A stretch of DNA of 64,000 nt from an uncultured Planctomycetota bacterium (GTDB lineage: Bacteria; Planctomycetota; Phycisphaerae; Tepidisphaerales; Tepidisphaeraceae), in contig CAWJEN010000006.1 of NCBI GenBank assembly GCA_963841915.1, forward strand, positions 587,272 through 651,271, read 5' to 3'. Every line of letters begins with the position of its first letter. Positions within the stretch are counted from its first letter, which is position 1. The notes beneath the pieces were generated by a model. It did no database searches and was not told the DNA's origin. It saw nothing but the letters and a program-made list of their open reading frames with translations. Position numbers and translations under genes: made by a program. Shown piece after piece: positions 19,121 through 29,516 of the stretch.

Positions 19121-21523
19121 ATGGCCAGGCAAGATCAGCAAACTTCGGGTGCGTCTACCGCCGCCGCTTTGGGTGGCAGGCGTCGTCGGACGTCACTCGC
19201 GGCGCGTGGTCAGCCGGCCGTCTGGCTCACCGGCGGGGCGGCAGCATTGTCTGTGCTCATGATCGTCGGCCTGTTCGTCCTGGTCGGCGTCTACGGCTTC
19301 GGCACGTTCTGGCCGCAGCCGGTCGAACGCGTTACGTATGAGGCCAAAGGCATGAACGGCCCGGCCACCATCGTCGGCGAGGCGTTCCGTCACGACGTGC
19401 AGTTCGTCAACGAAGAACTTGCCGGCCCGAACGACAGCGACGGTCAGCCGACGCCACTCGATATCAACGACGACGGCCTCATCGAACCACAGGCCGCCAT
19501 CGACCTGACGCTTTGGCGTACAGGTAATCGCGACCTTGACACCGGCACGAGCAACTTCGCCTGGGTCCCCGACTACGCGGTGAGCGGCAAGGAATTGCCG
19601 AACGACGTGCTCATCGTCGAGCGACAAGTCGACGGCCGGGCGATCGGTCGGCTCGACGCTGTTGCCATCGACGGGCGTTTGTACGAAGGCTTCGACGCGG
19701 CCTGGCCTGCGATGCAGAGCGTGCTCGGCGATGTCCGTGAGCTGGGCCGCCGCATCGAGGCTATCAAGTCGGAGCGCGGCAACATCGGCGAGGATCGGAA
19801 GGTCATTGAAGACCGCCTTGCTGCCGCGACGGGTGAAGATCTTGACAATGACGCCGAGCGGCCGGACGTGAGTCAGGAAGATGTTGCCAGGGCTGTCGAA
19901 CGATCTATCACGGAGACGGCAGAGCTGCAAGAGCGTGACCGCAATCTTGTCGCCGAGCAGACGACACTCGAGGCCGAGGTCAGCCGATACCGCTTGTTCC
20001 TTCGCGACGAATCAGGGCAGATTCTCAGCGCCAGTCGGACGGGGCGGACGTTCAATGTGTCGGCCCGAACCGTCCTGCCTGCCGACGTGGCTAGCAACGT
20101 CGTCGGCGTGAAGCTCATCGACTTCGACGGCAACACCACGCCCGCCGACCCGACGACGCCGATCATGGGGCTCGAGTCGATGGCGTCGCAGGCCCAGAAG
20201 CCGGGTGCCGTCGTCATCAAGCCCAAAGGCGACACACGGCCGGCGTTGCAGTTCGTCGATGCGTCCGGCAACGACGTCGGAGAACCGTACCTGCTTGCCC
20301 CGCGCGCGATCGTCGTTGTCACCGACGGTGAAGCAGTCGCCGCCGGAAAGCGGGTCGCGATCGAGCCGTTGGCGATGACCATCGGTCAAGTCGTCCACGC
20401 TTACCCGCCCAATCAGCTCGGCTTCTTCGGCAAGCTCGGCGTCTATGGCTCGCGGTGGTGGGAGTTTCTTACGGACAACCCGCGCGACGCCAACATGGAG
20501 GGCGGCGTCTGGCCGCACATCGTCGGCACCGTGCTGCTGACGTTCATCATGATCGTGTTCGTCGTCCCGATCGGCGTGATCGCCGCGATCTACCTGCGTG
20601 AGTACGCGAGGCAGGGGCCGCTGGTAAGCCTCGTGCGAATCTGCGTCAACAACCTGGCAGGTGTGCCGAGCATCGTCTACGGCGTGTTTGGACTGGGCTT
20701 CTTCTGCTACGGCGTGGGCGGTTGGATCGACGGCGGTGCGGCGGGCGCGGGTGTCTCACCGCTGGCGGTTGAGACGTGGGTGCTCTGGCTCGGCATTGCC
20801 GTTGTGGCGACGGCCATCGCAATCGGTCTGGGCAGCCTGGCCGCCCGGGCCGACAAAGGTGCAGCCAGCGACGAATCGACGCTGCCGAAGCTGTTCCGTT
20901 TCGCCGCCGCCGCGGCCTGGGCTGCCAGCGCTGCCATCGTCTTCTACTACGTCATTGCCAGCATCCCGACGGACTTGTTCGGCGGGTTCTTCCCCGACAC
21001 GGTCGCCAGCGGATCGAGCGAATGGAAGGGCCAGGCCTTGCTGTGGGCGTCGTTGACGCTCGCGTTGCTCACGCTGCCGGTTGTGATCGTCGCTACCGAA
21101 GAAGCCCTCGCCGCCGTGCCGCGTTCGATGCGTGAGGGCAGCTACGCGTGCGGGGCGAGCAAGTGGCAAACGATCTTTCGCATCGTCCTGCCGCGGGCGA
21201 TGCCGGGGATTATGACGGGTGCCATTCTGGCCATTGCCCGCGGGGCCGGCGAGGTCGCGCCGATCATGCTGGTCGGCGCGCTCAAGAACGTCGGCGACCT
21301 GCCGTTGAACACTGAGGCGCCGTACGTGCACCTGGATCAGGCGTTCATGCACCTGGGCTTTCACATCTTCGACCTGGGCTTCCAGAGTCCTGATGCCGAG
21401 GCCGCCCGGTCGATGGTCTACACGACGACGCTGCTGCTCATCGTGATTGTGCTGATGCTGAATCTGACTGCGATCTGGCTGCGTAGCCGCCTGCGTCGCG
21501 CGTTCGCCGGTGGTGCTTTTTGA
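19121..21523 (+). CDS. pstA: phosphate ABC transporter permease PstA, long form with about 400-aa periplasmic insertion
   Basis: The C-terminal PstA core is [45 protein letters not shown]1 is followed by a soluble segment (about 19313-20506) that includes a coiled-coil-like stretch. Extra hydrophobic helices lie at about 20700-21060. Confidence 0.88.
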   Translation: MARQDQQTSGASTAAALGGRRRRTSLAARGQPAVWLTGGAAALSVLMIVGLFVLVGVYGFGTFWPQPVERVTYEAKGMNGPATIVGEAFRHDVQFVNEELAGPNDSDGQPTPLDINDDGLIEPQAAIDLTLWRTGNRDLDTGTSNFAWVPDYAVSGKELPNDVLIVERQVDGRAIGRLDAVAIDGRLYEGFDAAWPAMQSVLGDVRELGRRIEAIKSERGNIGEDRKVIEDRLAAATGEDLDNDAERPDVSQEDVARAVERSITETAELQERDRNLVAEQTTLEAEVSRYRLFLRDESGQILSASRTGRTFNVSARTVLPADVASNVVGVKLIDFDGNTTPADPTTPIMGLESMASQAQKPGAVVIKPKGDTRPALQFVDASGNDVGEPYLLAPRAIVVVTDGEAVAAGKRVAIEPLAMTIGQVVHAYPPNQLGFFGKLGVYGSRWWEFLTDNPRDANMEGGVWPHIVGTVLLTFIMIVFVVPIGVIAAIYLREYARQGPLVSLVRICVNNLAGVPSIVYGVFGLGFFCYGVGGWIDGGAAGAGVSPLAVETWVLWLGIAVVATAIAIGLGSLAARADKGAASDESTLPKLFRFAAAAAWAASAAIVFYYVIASIPTDLFGGFFPDTVASGSSEWKGQALLWASLTLALLTLPVVIVATEEALAAVPRSMREGSYACGASKWQTIFRIVLPRAMPGIMTGAILAIARGAGEVAPIMLVGALKNVGDLPLNTEAPYVHLDQAFMHLGFHIFDLGFQSPDAEAARSMVYTTTLLLIVIVLMLNLTAIWLRSRLRRAFAGGAF

Positions 21524-21534
21524 AGGAGATCCGT

Positions 21535-22452
21535 ATGACTCAACTCATGTCCGCAGACGTTCAGCTTCGCCCCAGCAACGGGCAGTTCCGATCCAACCGG
21601 GTCTGGCCGCAACCGGCGGATAAAGGCCCGACGGTGCAGGACGCTATCGCCGCCGGAGGCAACTACGCGACGAACGTGCACCCTGAGCTCGCCAGCGAGG
21701 ACAGCGTTGTCGACGTGACCGACTTCAAGCTCCACTACGGTCAGAAGCAGGCGTTGTGGGACATCAACATGAAGTTCCCACGAGGCAAAGTCACCGCACT
21801 CATCGGCCCTTCGGGTTGCGGCAAATCGACGCTCCTCCGCAGCATCAACCGCCTCAACGACCTCATCGATACGGTCAAGATCGATGGCAACATGCTCATT
21901 AACGGCGACCCCATCTATGCCAAGAATGTCGACGTCATCGAGCTGCGCAAACGCATGGGCATGGTCTTCCAGAAGTCCAACCCGTTCCCGATGAGCATCT
22001 TCGAGAACGTCGTCTTCTCCCTCCGCATCGATGGCGAACGGAACAAGAAGGTCCTCCGCGCCGCCTGCGAGCAATCACTCCGCGGGGCGGCGCTGTGGGA
22101 CGAGGTCAAGGACCGGCTCGACGAATCGGCCCTTGGCCTGTCGGGTGGTCAGCAGCAACGACTGTGCATCGCCCGGGCCATCGCTGCCGAGCCGGAGGTG
22201 CTGCTGATGGACGAGCCGTGCAGCGCGCTTGACCCGATCGCCACCGGCAAGATCGAAGAACTCATTGCCAACTTGCGAGGCCGGTACACCGTCATCATCG
22301 TCACGCACAACATGCAGCAGGCGACCCGCTGCAGCGACTACACCGCCTTCATGTACCTCGGCCGCCTCATCGAGTATGGGCCGACGGCGACCATTTTCCA
22401 AAACCCGCACCTACGCGAGACCGAGGACTACGTCACCGGCCGCTTCGGCTGA
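21535..22452 (+). CDS. pstB: phosphate ABC transporter ATP-binding protein PstB
   Basis: Walker [10 protein letters not shown], signature LSGGQQQRL and Walker [19 protein letters not shown] lies 7-8 nt upstream of ATG 21535. The track start at 21520 is a TTG inside the pstA stop region. Confidence 0.95.
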   Translation: MTQLMSADVQLRPSNGQFRSNRVWPQPADKGPTVQDAIAAGGNYATNVHPELASEDSVVDVTDFKLHYGQKQALWDINMKFPRGKVTALIGPSGCGKSTLLRSINRLNDLIDTVKIDGNMLINGDPIYAKNVDVIELRKRMGMVFQKSNPFPMSIFENVVFSLRIDGERNKKVLRAACEQSLRGAALWDEVKDRLDESALGLSGGQQQRLCIARAIAAEPEVLLMDEPCSALDPIATGKIEELIANLRGRYTVIIVTHNMQQATRCSDYTAFMYLGRLIEYGPTATIFQNPHLRETEDYVTGRFG

Positions 22453-23498
22453 TACGGCATTGCGTCAAAGCGGTCGCCCGGCGTGCCGTCGTCGCTAATC
22501 TCGATGAGCGGCTTGCTGAAGGCGATGTGCTGTTGCACGTCGAGTCGCGCCTGCGGATCGGCAGGCAGGTCGAGGCGATGGCCGTCGGCGCTGTGCCACT
22601 CGTTCGACACATTGGGCCGCCAGGCATCAGCGGTGCTCAGTCGCGGCAGAACAGCGGGGCGAAGATCTCGCCGCACGAAAAACGCGTTGAGCCCGGCATG
22701 TCCGCAGCCGACGAGGTCGTATCCCTTTGCGGATCCCAGTCGCTCCAGCGCGGCCAACGACGCTCCGAAGTAAAAGAGAGACGCGTCGGCCTCTGCTCTG
22801 TGGAACGTCGGGTCGTACGGCACCGTCACCGCCGCCGTGGGGCCGAATCGCGCGTTGTATTCAGCCACGACGATGGCCGGCTGAACGCAGTCGATCGCCC
22901 GCCAGATCCACCAGTCGACGCCGTCAACGTCGATGCTGAGCAAGCCGAGGTCGCCCGCAAAGCCGTTGTCGGTAATGAGCTTGTTGATGTTCTCGGCCGT
23001 GACGAAGGATTGCACAGCCGTCAGGTCGAAGACGTAGTGCGGCCGCCTGGCCCTGATCGATTCGATGTGCTGTTTGCTGCCATCAATGACGAGGCCGGAC
23101 CACGGCCCGACGTCACTGCCGGCGGCGAGCCATCTGCAGTTGGCCTCGTGAAAGCTCTCGACGCCGAACTCGACAAAGCGACGCGTCTGAACCGGTACGT
23201 GGCGGAGCAGATGCCGCAGGATTCCGTCTTCGCCGTACTGACTGAACGCGCGGAAGCCATAGTCGGCTATGGGTTGATCTTGAGGGACGGCTGCGAGCTG
23301 CCGCGCTTCGACGCGACCGATCGCTTCACGCAACACCTCGACCTCGCGGCGGAGCATGGCCACCTCGTAGAGCGTCTGCCCTGTATCTTTGGCCTCGAGT
23401 CGCTGGCGAGCGAGGGCGGTCGCTGAACGAATTTTGCCGAGAAAGCTGCTCAAAACGAGTGATCCAACGATGTCAGAAGATCCTGCGACATCATACAT
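22428..23498 (-). CDS. hypothetical protein with N-terminal coiled coil and FkbM-like methyltransferase-type domain
   Basis: Only the C-terminal 356 aa of the 754-aa track ORF look real, starting at ATG 23498 (MYDVAGSS). Contains [14 protein letters not shown] and [14 protein letters not shown]. The upstream part of the track ORF is Arg-rich out-of-frame overlap with the next gene. Confidence 0.6.
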   Translation of the reverse strand: MYDVAGSSDIVGSLVLSSFLGKIRSATALARQRLEAKDTGQTLYEVAMLRREVEVLREAIGRVEARQLAAVPQDQPIADYGFRAFSQYGEDGILRHLLRHVPVQTRRFVEFGVESFHEANCRWLAAGSDVGPWSGLVIDGSKQHIESIRARRPHYVFDLTAVQSFVTAENINKLITDNGFAGDLGLLSIDVDGVDWWIWRAIDCVQPAIVVAEYNARFGPTAAVTVPYDPTFHRAEADASLFYFGASLAALERLGSAKGYDLVGCGHAGLNAFFVRRDLRPAVLPRLSTADAWRPNVSNEWHSADGHRLDLPADPQARLDVQQHIAFSKPLIEISDDGTPGDRFDAMPYQPKRPVT

Positions 23499-23545
23499 CG
23501 TAGGGAGCAGCGCGCCCGCGACCGGCGATAGCTGTGCAGTGCGCG

Positions 23546-24778
23546 TCAAATCCGGATGTAGAGCTTCCGCCGGTGCATCCAGAGGAGCAGGAGCCACCAA
23601 AGCGTGAGCCAAAGCACCGGCCAAGCGAGGCCGCCGACGATGGAGGAGCTTGATCCGTATGCCACCCACGCGATGAAGCCGCTGGCGAGATTGGCCGTGT
23701 CGCCCGTGGGCGTGTGGATGCTCCAGCGTGAGATGATCGTCTTGAAGACGAGCTCGCTGCCGACGTAGAGCACGATCGCGTTGAGGCCGAAGACGCGCAG
23801 GAAGTCGAGCGACGTCAGCCTTTTGGCGTCGCAGATGAACCAGAGCGTCGCCAGGCAGATCAGACCGACGCCGGCGCTGAGCAGGCAGTAGGGCACGCTG
23901 AAGAACCACTTGCTGGCCGGTACGGTCAGGCGGCTCAGCAGTCCGCCACCGGCCGGGCCATAGCCCCACGACATCGCCTGGCTCAGTGCGACGAGTAGGA
24001 CGCCTATCGCCAAGAGTCCGCCGAGTTTGCGGCCGGTCGAGCCTCCACCGGCAAGGAAGAGGCTCGCCCACCCGCCGGCCATGGCAATGCCGGCAGCAGG
24101 CAGCGCCTGTTGAAATCCGCCGAACCAGCCGAGCCCGCTGTTGAGCCATCCCTTGACGCCGTGGAAGTGCTGCCAGGTTCCGACGCCACCGACCGACTCG
24201 GCGGCAGCGCCGGCGGCTCCGAGCTCGGCCACCGTGTCGTATGGCACGAGCGTCATCAAGCCCCATTTCACCAGCAAAGTGACGCTGACGCCCGTCACCT
24301 GCGCCCATCGCGGCAGCAGGAACAGAGCAACGCAAACGACATACGCCGCCCCGATGAGCTGCAGGATGTTCCAGCTCAACAGATCGGCCCAAACGAGCGG
24401 CCGGGTGTGGGCCGAGCCGGCGACAGTCAGGAGGACACCGAGCAGGTAGATGATCGTGCCGCGTCGCAACGCCGATAGCATTGTCCGCCAAGCCGGGCGA
24501 TCCCGGCCGCGACCAAACCGCAGCGACAGCGGCACACTCGCCCCGGCGGCAAACAGGAACAGCGGAAACACCAGGTCGGCCGCCGTCGCCCCTTGCAACG
24601 GGTCGTTGAACGGCACGTGAAACCACTGCTTGTGCAACCCCTCGAGCGACGTGTCGTTGAACAGCTTCGGGTCGAAGGTGTGGTTGACCCAAACCATCAG
24701 CGCGATCGTCGCCCCGCGCAGCACGTCGAGCGACACGAGGCGGCTAGGTGCCTGAGGTTTAGGCTCTAGATCGCTCAT
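23546..24778 (-). CDS. membrane acyltransferase, heparan-alpha-glucosaminide N-acetyltransferase-like (DUF5009/DUF1624)
   Basis: The N-terminal motif RLVSLDVLRGATIALMVWVNH is followed by about 10 hydrophobic helices. Confidence 0.7.
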   Translation of the reverse strand: MSDLEPKPQAPSRLVSLDVLRGATIALMVWVNHTFDPKLFNDTSLEGLHKQWFHVPFNDPLQGATAADLVFPLFLFAAGASVPLSLRFGRGRDRPAWRTMLSALRRGTIIYLLGVLLTVAGSAHTRPLVWADLLSWNILQLIGAAYVVCVALFLLPRWAQVTGVSVTLLVKWGLMTLVPYDTVAELGAAGAAAESVGGVGTWQHFHGVKGWLNSGLGWFGGFQQALPAAGIAMAGGWASLFLAGGGSTGRKLGGLLAIGVLLVALSQAMSWGYGPAGGGLLSRLTVPASKWFFSVPYCLLSAGVGLICLATLWFICDAKRLTSLDFLRVFGLNAIVLYVGSELVFKTIISRWSIHTPTGDTANLASGFIAWVAYGSSSSIVGGLAWPVLWLTLWWLLLLWMHRRKLYIRI

Positions 24779-25401
24779 GGCTGCTCGACCATCCGCTCGA
24801 ACAGGTACGGCCCGGCCTCTGCGCCCCAGACCTGCTCGCCGTCCGCGCTGAATCCGCGGTCCCAGCTTTGGAGTTGATCGCGATTCAGCGTGACCTCGCT
24901 GGTGGCGTACGAAGCGCCGCCGAGGGTCGAGGCGCAGCCCTTACCCTCGGTACCGCCGACGAACGACTGGCCCTCTTGTGTCAGGTAGACGCCGCACCCG
25001 TCGCGGAGCGTCAGGTCGTCAGGCGACAGCTCATCAAACTTCTCCACAGCGCGGTAAGCACCGGCATAGGCGAGCGGGTCTCCGGGCAATGTGTAGACAT
25101 AGCTCACGACCCGGCCGTCCTCGGTGGCAGCGACGCGGTAGATCCGCTGGCGGTACGGCCGCTCTACAGCACGGGCGGCTGCCTGCTCGACGTACAGCCA
25201 CGGGCCATCGTCGCGTCCCTGCCAGATTGGGCGAACGTGCAACTCGATGGCGAAATACCGGTCGTCAGCCTCAGCCTGGGCACTGCTCGTGAAGTCGCCG
25301 GTGAGGTAAGTAGCCGCGGTGGCGACTACTCGAGACGGGCCGGCGGCCGGCTGTGGTGACGGGGTGAGCAGGCAGACCGCGAGGAGGGCAGCGAGAAGCA
25401 T
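24775..25401 (-). CDS. CpcT/CpeT-like (DUF1001) beta-barrel protein, secreted
   Basis: Trimmed to the ATG at 25401 (MLLAALLAVCLL signal). Contains TGDFTSSAQAEADDRYFAIELHVRPIW and PYRQRIYRV. A 4-bp ATGA overlap links it to the downstream acyltransferase gene. Confidence 0.6.
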   Translation of the reverse strand: MLLAALLAVCLLTPSPQPAAGPSRVVATAATYLTGDFTSSAQAEADDRYFAIELHVRPIWQGRDDGPWLYVEQAAARAVERPYRQRIYRVAATEDGRVVSYVYTLPGDPLAYAGAYRAVEKFDELSPDDLTLRDGCGVYLTQEGQSFVGGTEGKGCASTLGGASYATSEVTLNRDQLQSWDRGFSADGEQVWGAEAGPYLFERMVEQP

Positions 25402-25540
25402 GCAGCCATTGTAAATGATTGTCGTGGTAAGCGAAGCGGTCAGCAACGCCAGCCACACCCGTGCCTCAATCTCGCCGTTGATGTAGATTGTCTCGGATGT
25501 GACCTTGCAAAGAGTTAGGGTGGCAAGCGATTGCACCACT

Positions 25541-26371
25541 ATGACTCAGCCATCAGCCACAGGCATCCGCCGCCCCGTCACCCGCTCCGCTGCCGTTGAC
25601 GAAGCAGGCCCTGGGCTGCTGAAGCAGATGCTGTTGCCTGTCCGCCAGGGCCTCCGATCGCTTGGCGTCGACGTGAAGCGGTATCAGGAGTCAGGGCCGG
25701 TGATGCGGCAACTCGATCCGGCAAGGGTGCCGGATGCGGACATGTATCAGCCGCACTTTCAGCCGTGGCTGTCGGACGTTTTTCAGGACATCTACGCGGG
25801 CATCAACCAGCACACGATCGTCAGCATCGACCGGTGCTATTTGCTGGCGTCGTTGTGTGAGCAGGTGCTGGCGGGCGGCACCGACGGCGAGATCTGGGAG
25901 CGCGGCGTCTACCGCGGTGGGACGGGCAAGCTGCTCGCCGAGACCATTGCCGCGTCAGGGTCGCCGGTCACGCTTCGGCTGTTCGACACGTATGAGGGCA
26001 TGCCGGAGACGGACGCGCAGCGTGACCTGCACAAGGCCGGCGATTTTGCCGACACCTCTGCCGAGGCCGTGGGTGCGCTGGTGCCGCAGGATTTCGTGTC
26101 GCTGCACAAAGGCTTCGTGCCCGACACGTTCTCGGGGCTGGAGGCGTCGAAAGTTGCGATGATTCACATTGATCTCGACATCTATCAGGGCGTGCTCGAC
26201 GCAACGGCATTCGCCTACGACAGGCTGGTGCCGGGCGGATTTATCATTTACGACGACTACGGCCAGCCGTACACGCCCGGTGCCCGCAAGGCGGTCGACG
26301 AGTTCTTTGCGGGCAAGCCCGAGTCGCCGATCACGCTCTGGTCGGGTCAGGCGATGATCGTCAAACAGTGA
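25541..26371 (+). CDS. TylF/MycF-family class I SAM-dependent O-methyltransferase
   Basis: Trimmed to the ATG at 25541. Contains GEIWERGVYRGGTGKLLAE, AMIHIDLDIYQG and GGFIIYDDYG. Confidence 0.75.
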   Translation: MTQPSATGIRRPVTRSAAVDEAGPGLLKQMLLPVRQGLRSLGVDVKRYQESGPVMRQLDPARVPDADMYQPHFQPWLSDVFQDIYAGINQHTIVSIDRCYLLASLCEQVLAGGTDGEIWERGVYRGGTGKLLAETIAASGSPVTLRLFDTYEGMPETDAQRDLHKAGDFADTSAEAVGALVPQDFVSLHKGFVPDTFSGLEASKVAMIHIDLDIYQGVLDATAFAYDRLVPGGFIIYDDYGQPYTPGARKAVDEFFAGKPESPITLWSGQAMIVKQ

Positions 26372-26396
26372 GTTGCCGTCGCCCTATGGTGCGTCG

Positions 26397-27941
26397 ATGG
26401 GTAAGCCGACAGGATTCAAGGAAATTGCGCGAGAGACCCGGCCACGCCGCGAGGTGAACCTGCGCGTCAGCGACTGGCAGGAGATCTATTTGCCGCTCTC
26501 GGAGGAAAAACTTCGGAATCAGGGCGCACGTTGTATGGACTGCGGCGTGCCGTTCTGCAACCACGGCTGTCCGCTGGGCAATCAGATACCTGACTGGAAC
26601 GACCTCGTCTACCGCGGCAGGTGGTTCGAGGCGTACCAGTCGCTCATCCGCACGAACAACTTTCCGGAGTTCACCGGCCGCATCTGTCCGGCACCATGCG
26701 AAGAAGCGTGCGTGCTCAGCCTCAACGACCGGCCGGTCACGATCAAGAGCATTGAGCAGGCCATTGCCGACCGGGCGTTCGAAGAAGGCTGGGTCGTCGC
26801 AGAACCGCCCAGCGAGCGGACGGGCAAGAAGGTCGCCGTCGTCGGTAGCGGCCCGGCAGGTATGGCGGCGGCGCAGCAACTGAATCGTGCCGGTCACGAG
26901 GTCGTCGTCTTCGAACGCGACGACCGCGCAGGCGGGCTGATGATCTACGGCATCCCCGATTTCAAGATCAACAAAAGCGTCGTCGACCGTCGCGTTCGCA
27001 TCCTCGAAGAAGAAGGCATCGAGTTCCGGTGCGGCGTCAACGTCGGCCTGGACGTCACGACCGAAGAGCTTCGCGAGGAGTTCGACGCAATCATCCTGTG
27101 CAACGGCGCGACGAAAGCACGCGACGTCAACACTCCCGGCCGCGATCTCAACGGCATCCACTACGCGATGACGTACCTGCCGCAGCAGACGCGGTTGAAC
27201 ATGGACGCGATCAACGCGGTTGCCGACGAAGACGGTGACGGGGCGGCAATCGGGCGACTCGGTAACACCGTGGGCGAGCAGATCTTCGCCGAGCAGCAGA
27301 TCGATGCCAAGGACAAGCACGTCGTCATCATCGGTGGCGGTGACACAGCGGCCGACTGCCTCGGCACCGCGCTTCGTCAAGGTGCCAAGAGCATCCGCCA
27401 GTTCGACATCAACGCCCAGCCGCCCGGTGAACGGGATCCAATGACCACCTGGCCGAATTGGCCAATGGTGCTGCGAACTAGTGCTGCCCACGAGGAAGGC
27501 GTCGACGTGTACGGCCGCGACTTACGGGACTTTGCCGTTCTGACCAAGTCGTTCCTCGGTGACGGCGAGGGCAACGTCCGCGCGATCGAGGGCGTGCGCA
27601 TCGAGAGCCACAAGGACGAGCAGGGCGTTCGGCACGTGAGCGAGTTGCCGGACGGCGCATTTGAGTTGCCGTGCGATCTGTGCCTGCTGGCCATCGGTTT
27701 CACCGGCCCCGATCCGGTCGGCCCGATCAGCGACCTTGACCTGAAGCTCACCAAACGCGGTGCGGTCGACGTCGGTCAGGATTACATGACCAGCTGCGAA
27801 GGCGTTTTCGCCGCCGGCGACGCAAGGCGCGGTCAAAGCCTCGTCGTCTGGGCGATCAGCGAAGGACGCCAAGCAGCACGGAGCTGCGACGAATGGCTGA
27901 TGGGCTACAGCGATCTGCCGGAACTGCCGCTGGAGTTGTAG
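26397..27941 (+). CDS. gltD: glutamate synthase (NADPH) small subunit
   Basis: Trimmed to the ATG at 26397 (MGKPTGFKEI). Contains the Fe-S Cys clusters CMDCGVPFCNHGCPLGN, VAVVGSGPAGMAAAQQLNRAGH and FAAGDARRGQSLVVWAI. No gltB is present in the window. Confidence 0.92.
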   Translation: MGKPTGFKEIARETRPRREVNLRVSDWQEIYLPLSEEKLRNQGARCMDCGVPFCNHGCPLGNQIPDWNDLVYRGRWFEAYQSLIRTNNFPEFTGRICPAPCEEACVLSLNDRPVTIKSIEQAIADRAFEEGWVVAEPPSERTGKKVAVVGSGPAGMAAAQQLNRAGHEVVVFERDDRAGGLMIYGIPDFKINKSVVDRRVRILEEEGIEFRCGVNVGLDVTTEELREEFDAIILCNGATKARDVNTPGRDLNGIHYAMTYLPQQTRLNMDAINAVADEDGDGAAIGRLGNTVGEQIFAEQQIDAKDKHVVIIGGGDTAADCLGTALRQGAKSIRQFDINAQPPGERDPMTTWPNWPMVLRTSAAHEEGVDVYGRDLRDFAVLTKSFLGDGEGNVRAIEGVRIESHKDEQGVRHVSELPDGAFELPCDLCLLAIGFTGPDPVGPISDLDLKLTKRGAVDVGQDYMTSCEGVFAAGDARRGQSLVVWAISEGRQAARSCDEWLMGYSDLPELPLEL

Positions 27942-28025
27942 GAGGTGGCGATGATCGAAGCGGACGTTGCCGCGTCGAAGCTGACGCGCAGCAGACCGCC
28001 CGCGCTTTTGTAGTGGCTGCGACAA

Positions 28026-29507
28026 CTATTCGACGACGTTGACGGCTGAGGCGACGCGGTCGATCAGGTCGAGCAGCCGTTCGTCCGTCTGCACGCCGTA
28101 GAACAGTTCGCGATCGAAGAGCACCGCCTCTCGCTCGCGTTGCTGCTCCAGTTCATCGCGGCGGCGGAGCCATTGCTGATAGCGGTCGTCGGTCGCGAGT
28201 CGCCTGTGGCGTTCGGCGTGCATGGCGTCGAAGATCTCGCGGCGGGCGCGGAAGGTGTCGGCGGCGATGATGCTTTTGAGCCAGGCTGCTTTATCGTCAC
28301 CGAGCACGACATGGCGAAGACGGTGGCCCTCCTGCTCGATGCACGGCGGGCAGACCCGGTCGGCGGAGGCCGCGTCGGGGTGCACCAGCGTCGCCGTGGC
28401 TACCACGAACTGCGGTGGCTCCATGCCAAAGTAGCTGCGGATCAGGCGATCGAGCACGTCGTCGTAGTGCCCGCCACCGATGCCGTGGATGAACAGGTCG
28501 CTGCACATCAACCGCGCGAACATCGTCAGCGACAACGCCCGCGACGCGAGGCGGACGCGCTGGCGACGCATCGCCATGAGCAGCAGCATCGGCGAATCGG
28601 GCAGCGTCAGTCGATCGTTGATGACGAGCGTGTCGCCGTCGCGTTTCACGGTGGCCCGCTCGCGGACGCCGGTGTCGAGGTCGTCGAACCAGAATGGCAA
28701 TTCGCCCGTCGTCAGATCCGGCATTGGCCGATCGGCGTCTGTGATGCCGCGGTCGCTGCGATGCCCGGCAAGCGCCGCGTTGTAGTGCTGCGCAAACCGC
28801 TCGGCGTCGCCTGCCACGTGCAGCACCGTGGCCGCCCAGCCGGGCGACTCAAATAAGCCCGAAGCCATGACCGTCGAATATCGCAGCCCCAGCGACCAGT
28901 CGAGCTTGTGGAACGCGTCTGCCATCGCCGCCGGCAGGTTCATCGGCGACGGGCCGTCCCGTTGGTCGATGAGGTAACGCCGAATGTCGAGCAGAAACGA
29001 CTCGACGTTCTTCGGCAAGCCATCTGCCGCGAGCAGCTCGTCCAGATGGGCAGGCGTTGGCGGTTCGAGCTGTCCCGTCCATGCCGCCCCGTGCAGCCGC
29101 GGGTCGTCGCTGATCTTGCCAACAAATCCGGGCCACCTGAGCTTGAGATGCTTCGGCGCGTCCGTGTCGACCGCGACATGCCACGCGCTGCCACCGGCGG
29201 CCTCGGCGACGGCATGGATGACCGCATTCTTCACCCAAACGCCCGGGTGGTGCAGCTCACTCTGGTGTCCCGTCATCACGACCGGACCGTCGCCGGCACC
29301 GAGGAAACTACGCATCTCCGTACGCCACTCGCCCAGCGGGCGGTCGAGCAGCGCGACGAGTGCTGCGTCGAGAGCACGTCGAGTCTCTTTGGCTGTGTCG
29401 GCCAGCGATGCGGCGTCGGGCCAGACCAGCAGGTCGCCGTCAGACTTGGGTGCGATCCACTGGCCGTACGCCTGCCCGTGGTCGCTTGATACAACGTCGT
29501 CGACCAC
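28026..29507 (-). CDS. hypothetical protein (weak BshC-like N-terminal pattern)
   Basis: 493-aa ORF with a GTG start and good GC3 bias. VVMTGHQSELHHPGVWVKN...VAVDTDAPKH resembles the GQQxGLxxGPxYxxxK...EDHD layout of BshC-type ligases. That resemblance is from recollection only. Confidence 0.6.
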   Translation of the reverse strand: MVDDVVSSDHGQAYGQWIAPKSDGDLLVWPDAASLADTAKETRRALDAALVALLDRPLGEWRTEMRSFLGAGDGPVVMTGHQSELHHPGVWVKNAVIHAVAEAAGGSAWHVAVDTDAPKHLKLRWPGFVGKISDDPRLHGAAWTGQLEPPTPAHLDELLAADGLPKNVESFLLDIRRYLIDQRDGPSPMNLPAAMADAFHKLDWSLGLRYSTVMASGLFESPGWAATVLHVAGDAERFAQHYNAALAGHRSDRGITDADRPMPDLTTGELPFWFDDLDTGVRERATVKRDGDTLVINDRLTLPDSPMLLLMAMRRQRVRLASRALSLTMFARLMCSDLFIHGIGGGHYDDVLDRLIRSYFGMEPPQFVVATATLVHPDAASADRVCPPCIEQEGHRLRHVVLGDDKAAWLKSIIAADTFRARREIFDAMHAERHRRLATDDRYQQWLRRRDELEQQREREAVLFDRELFYGVQTDERLLDLIDRVASAVNVVE

Positions 29508-29516
29508 GGCGACAGC

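Noticed and set aside
16073-19141. 1022-aa ORF on the minus strand, the longest ORF in this region
   Set aside because: It lies exactly antisense to pstC. Its translation is low-complexity and rich in Arg, His, Asp and Glu, with no motifs. The plus-strand frame has a canonical PstC core. This is a typical stop-codon-poor antisense artefact of GC-rich DNA. The same reasoning applies to 9703-10857, 8455-9624, 15043-16200, 19193-19930, 26361-27491, 47136-48671, 48707-49951 and similar ORFs.
22428-22452. 25-bp overlap of the convergent 3' ends of pstB and the FkbM-like gene
   Set aside because: Short convergent overlaps are common in compact GC-rich genomes. There is no evidence of a special function.
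23499-24692. N-terminal 398 aa of the 754-aa ORF 22428..24692
   Set aside because: This part is rich in Arg, Pro and Gly. It overlaps, in another frame, the much better acyltransferase ORF 23546..24778. The real gene most likely starts at ATG 23498.
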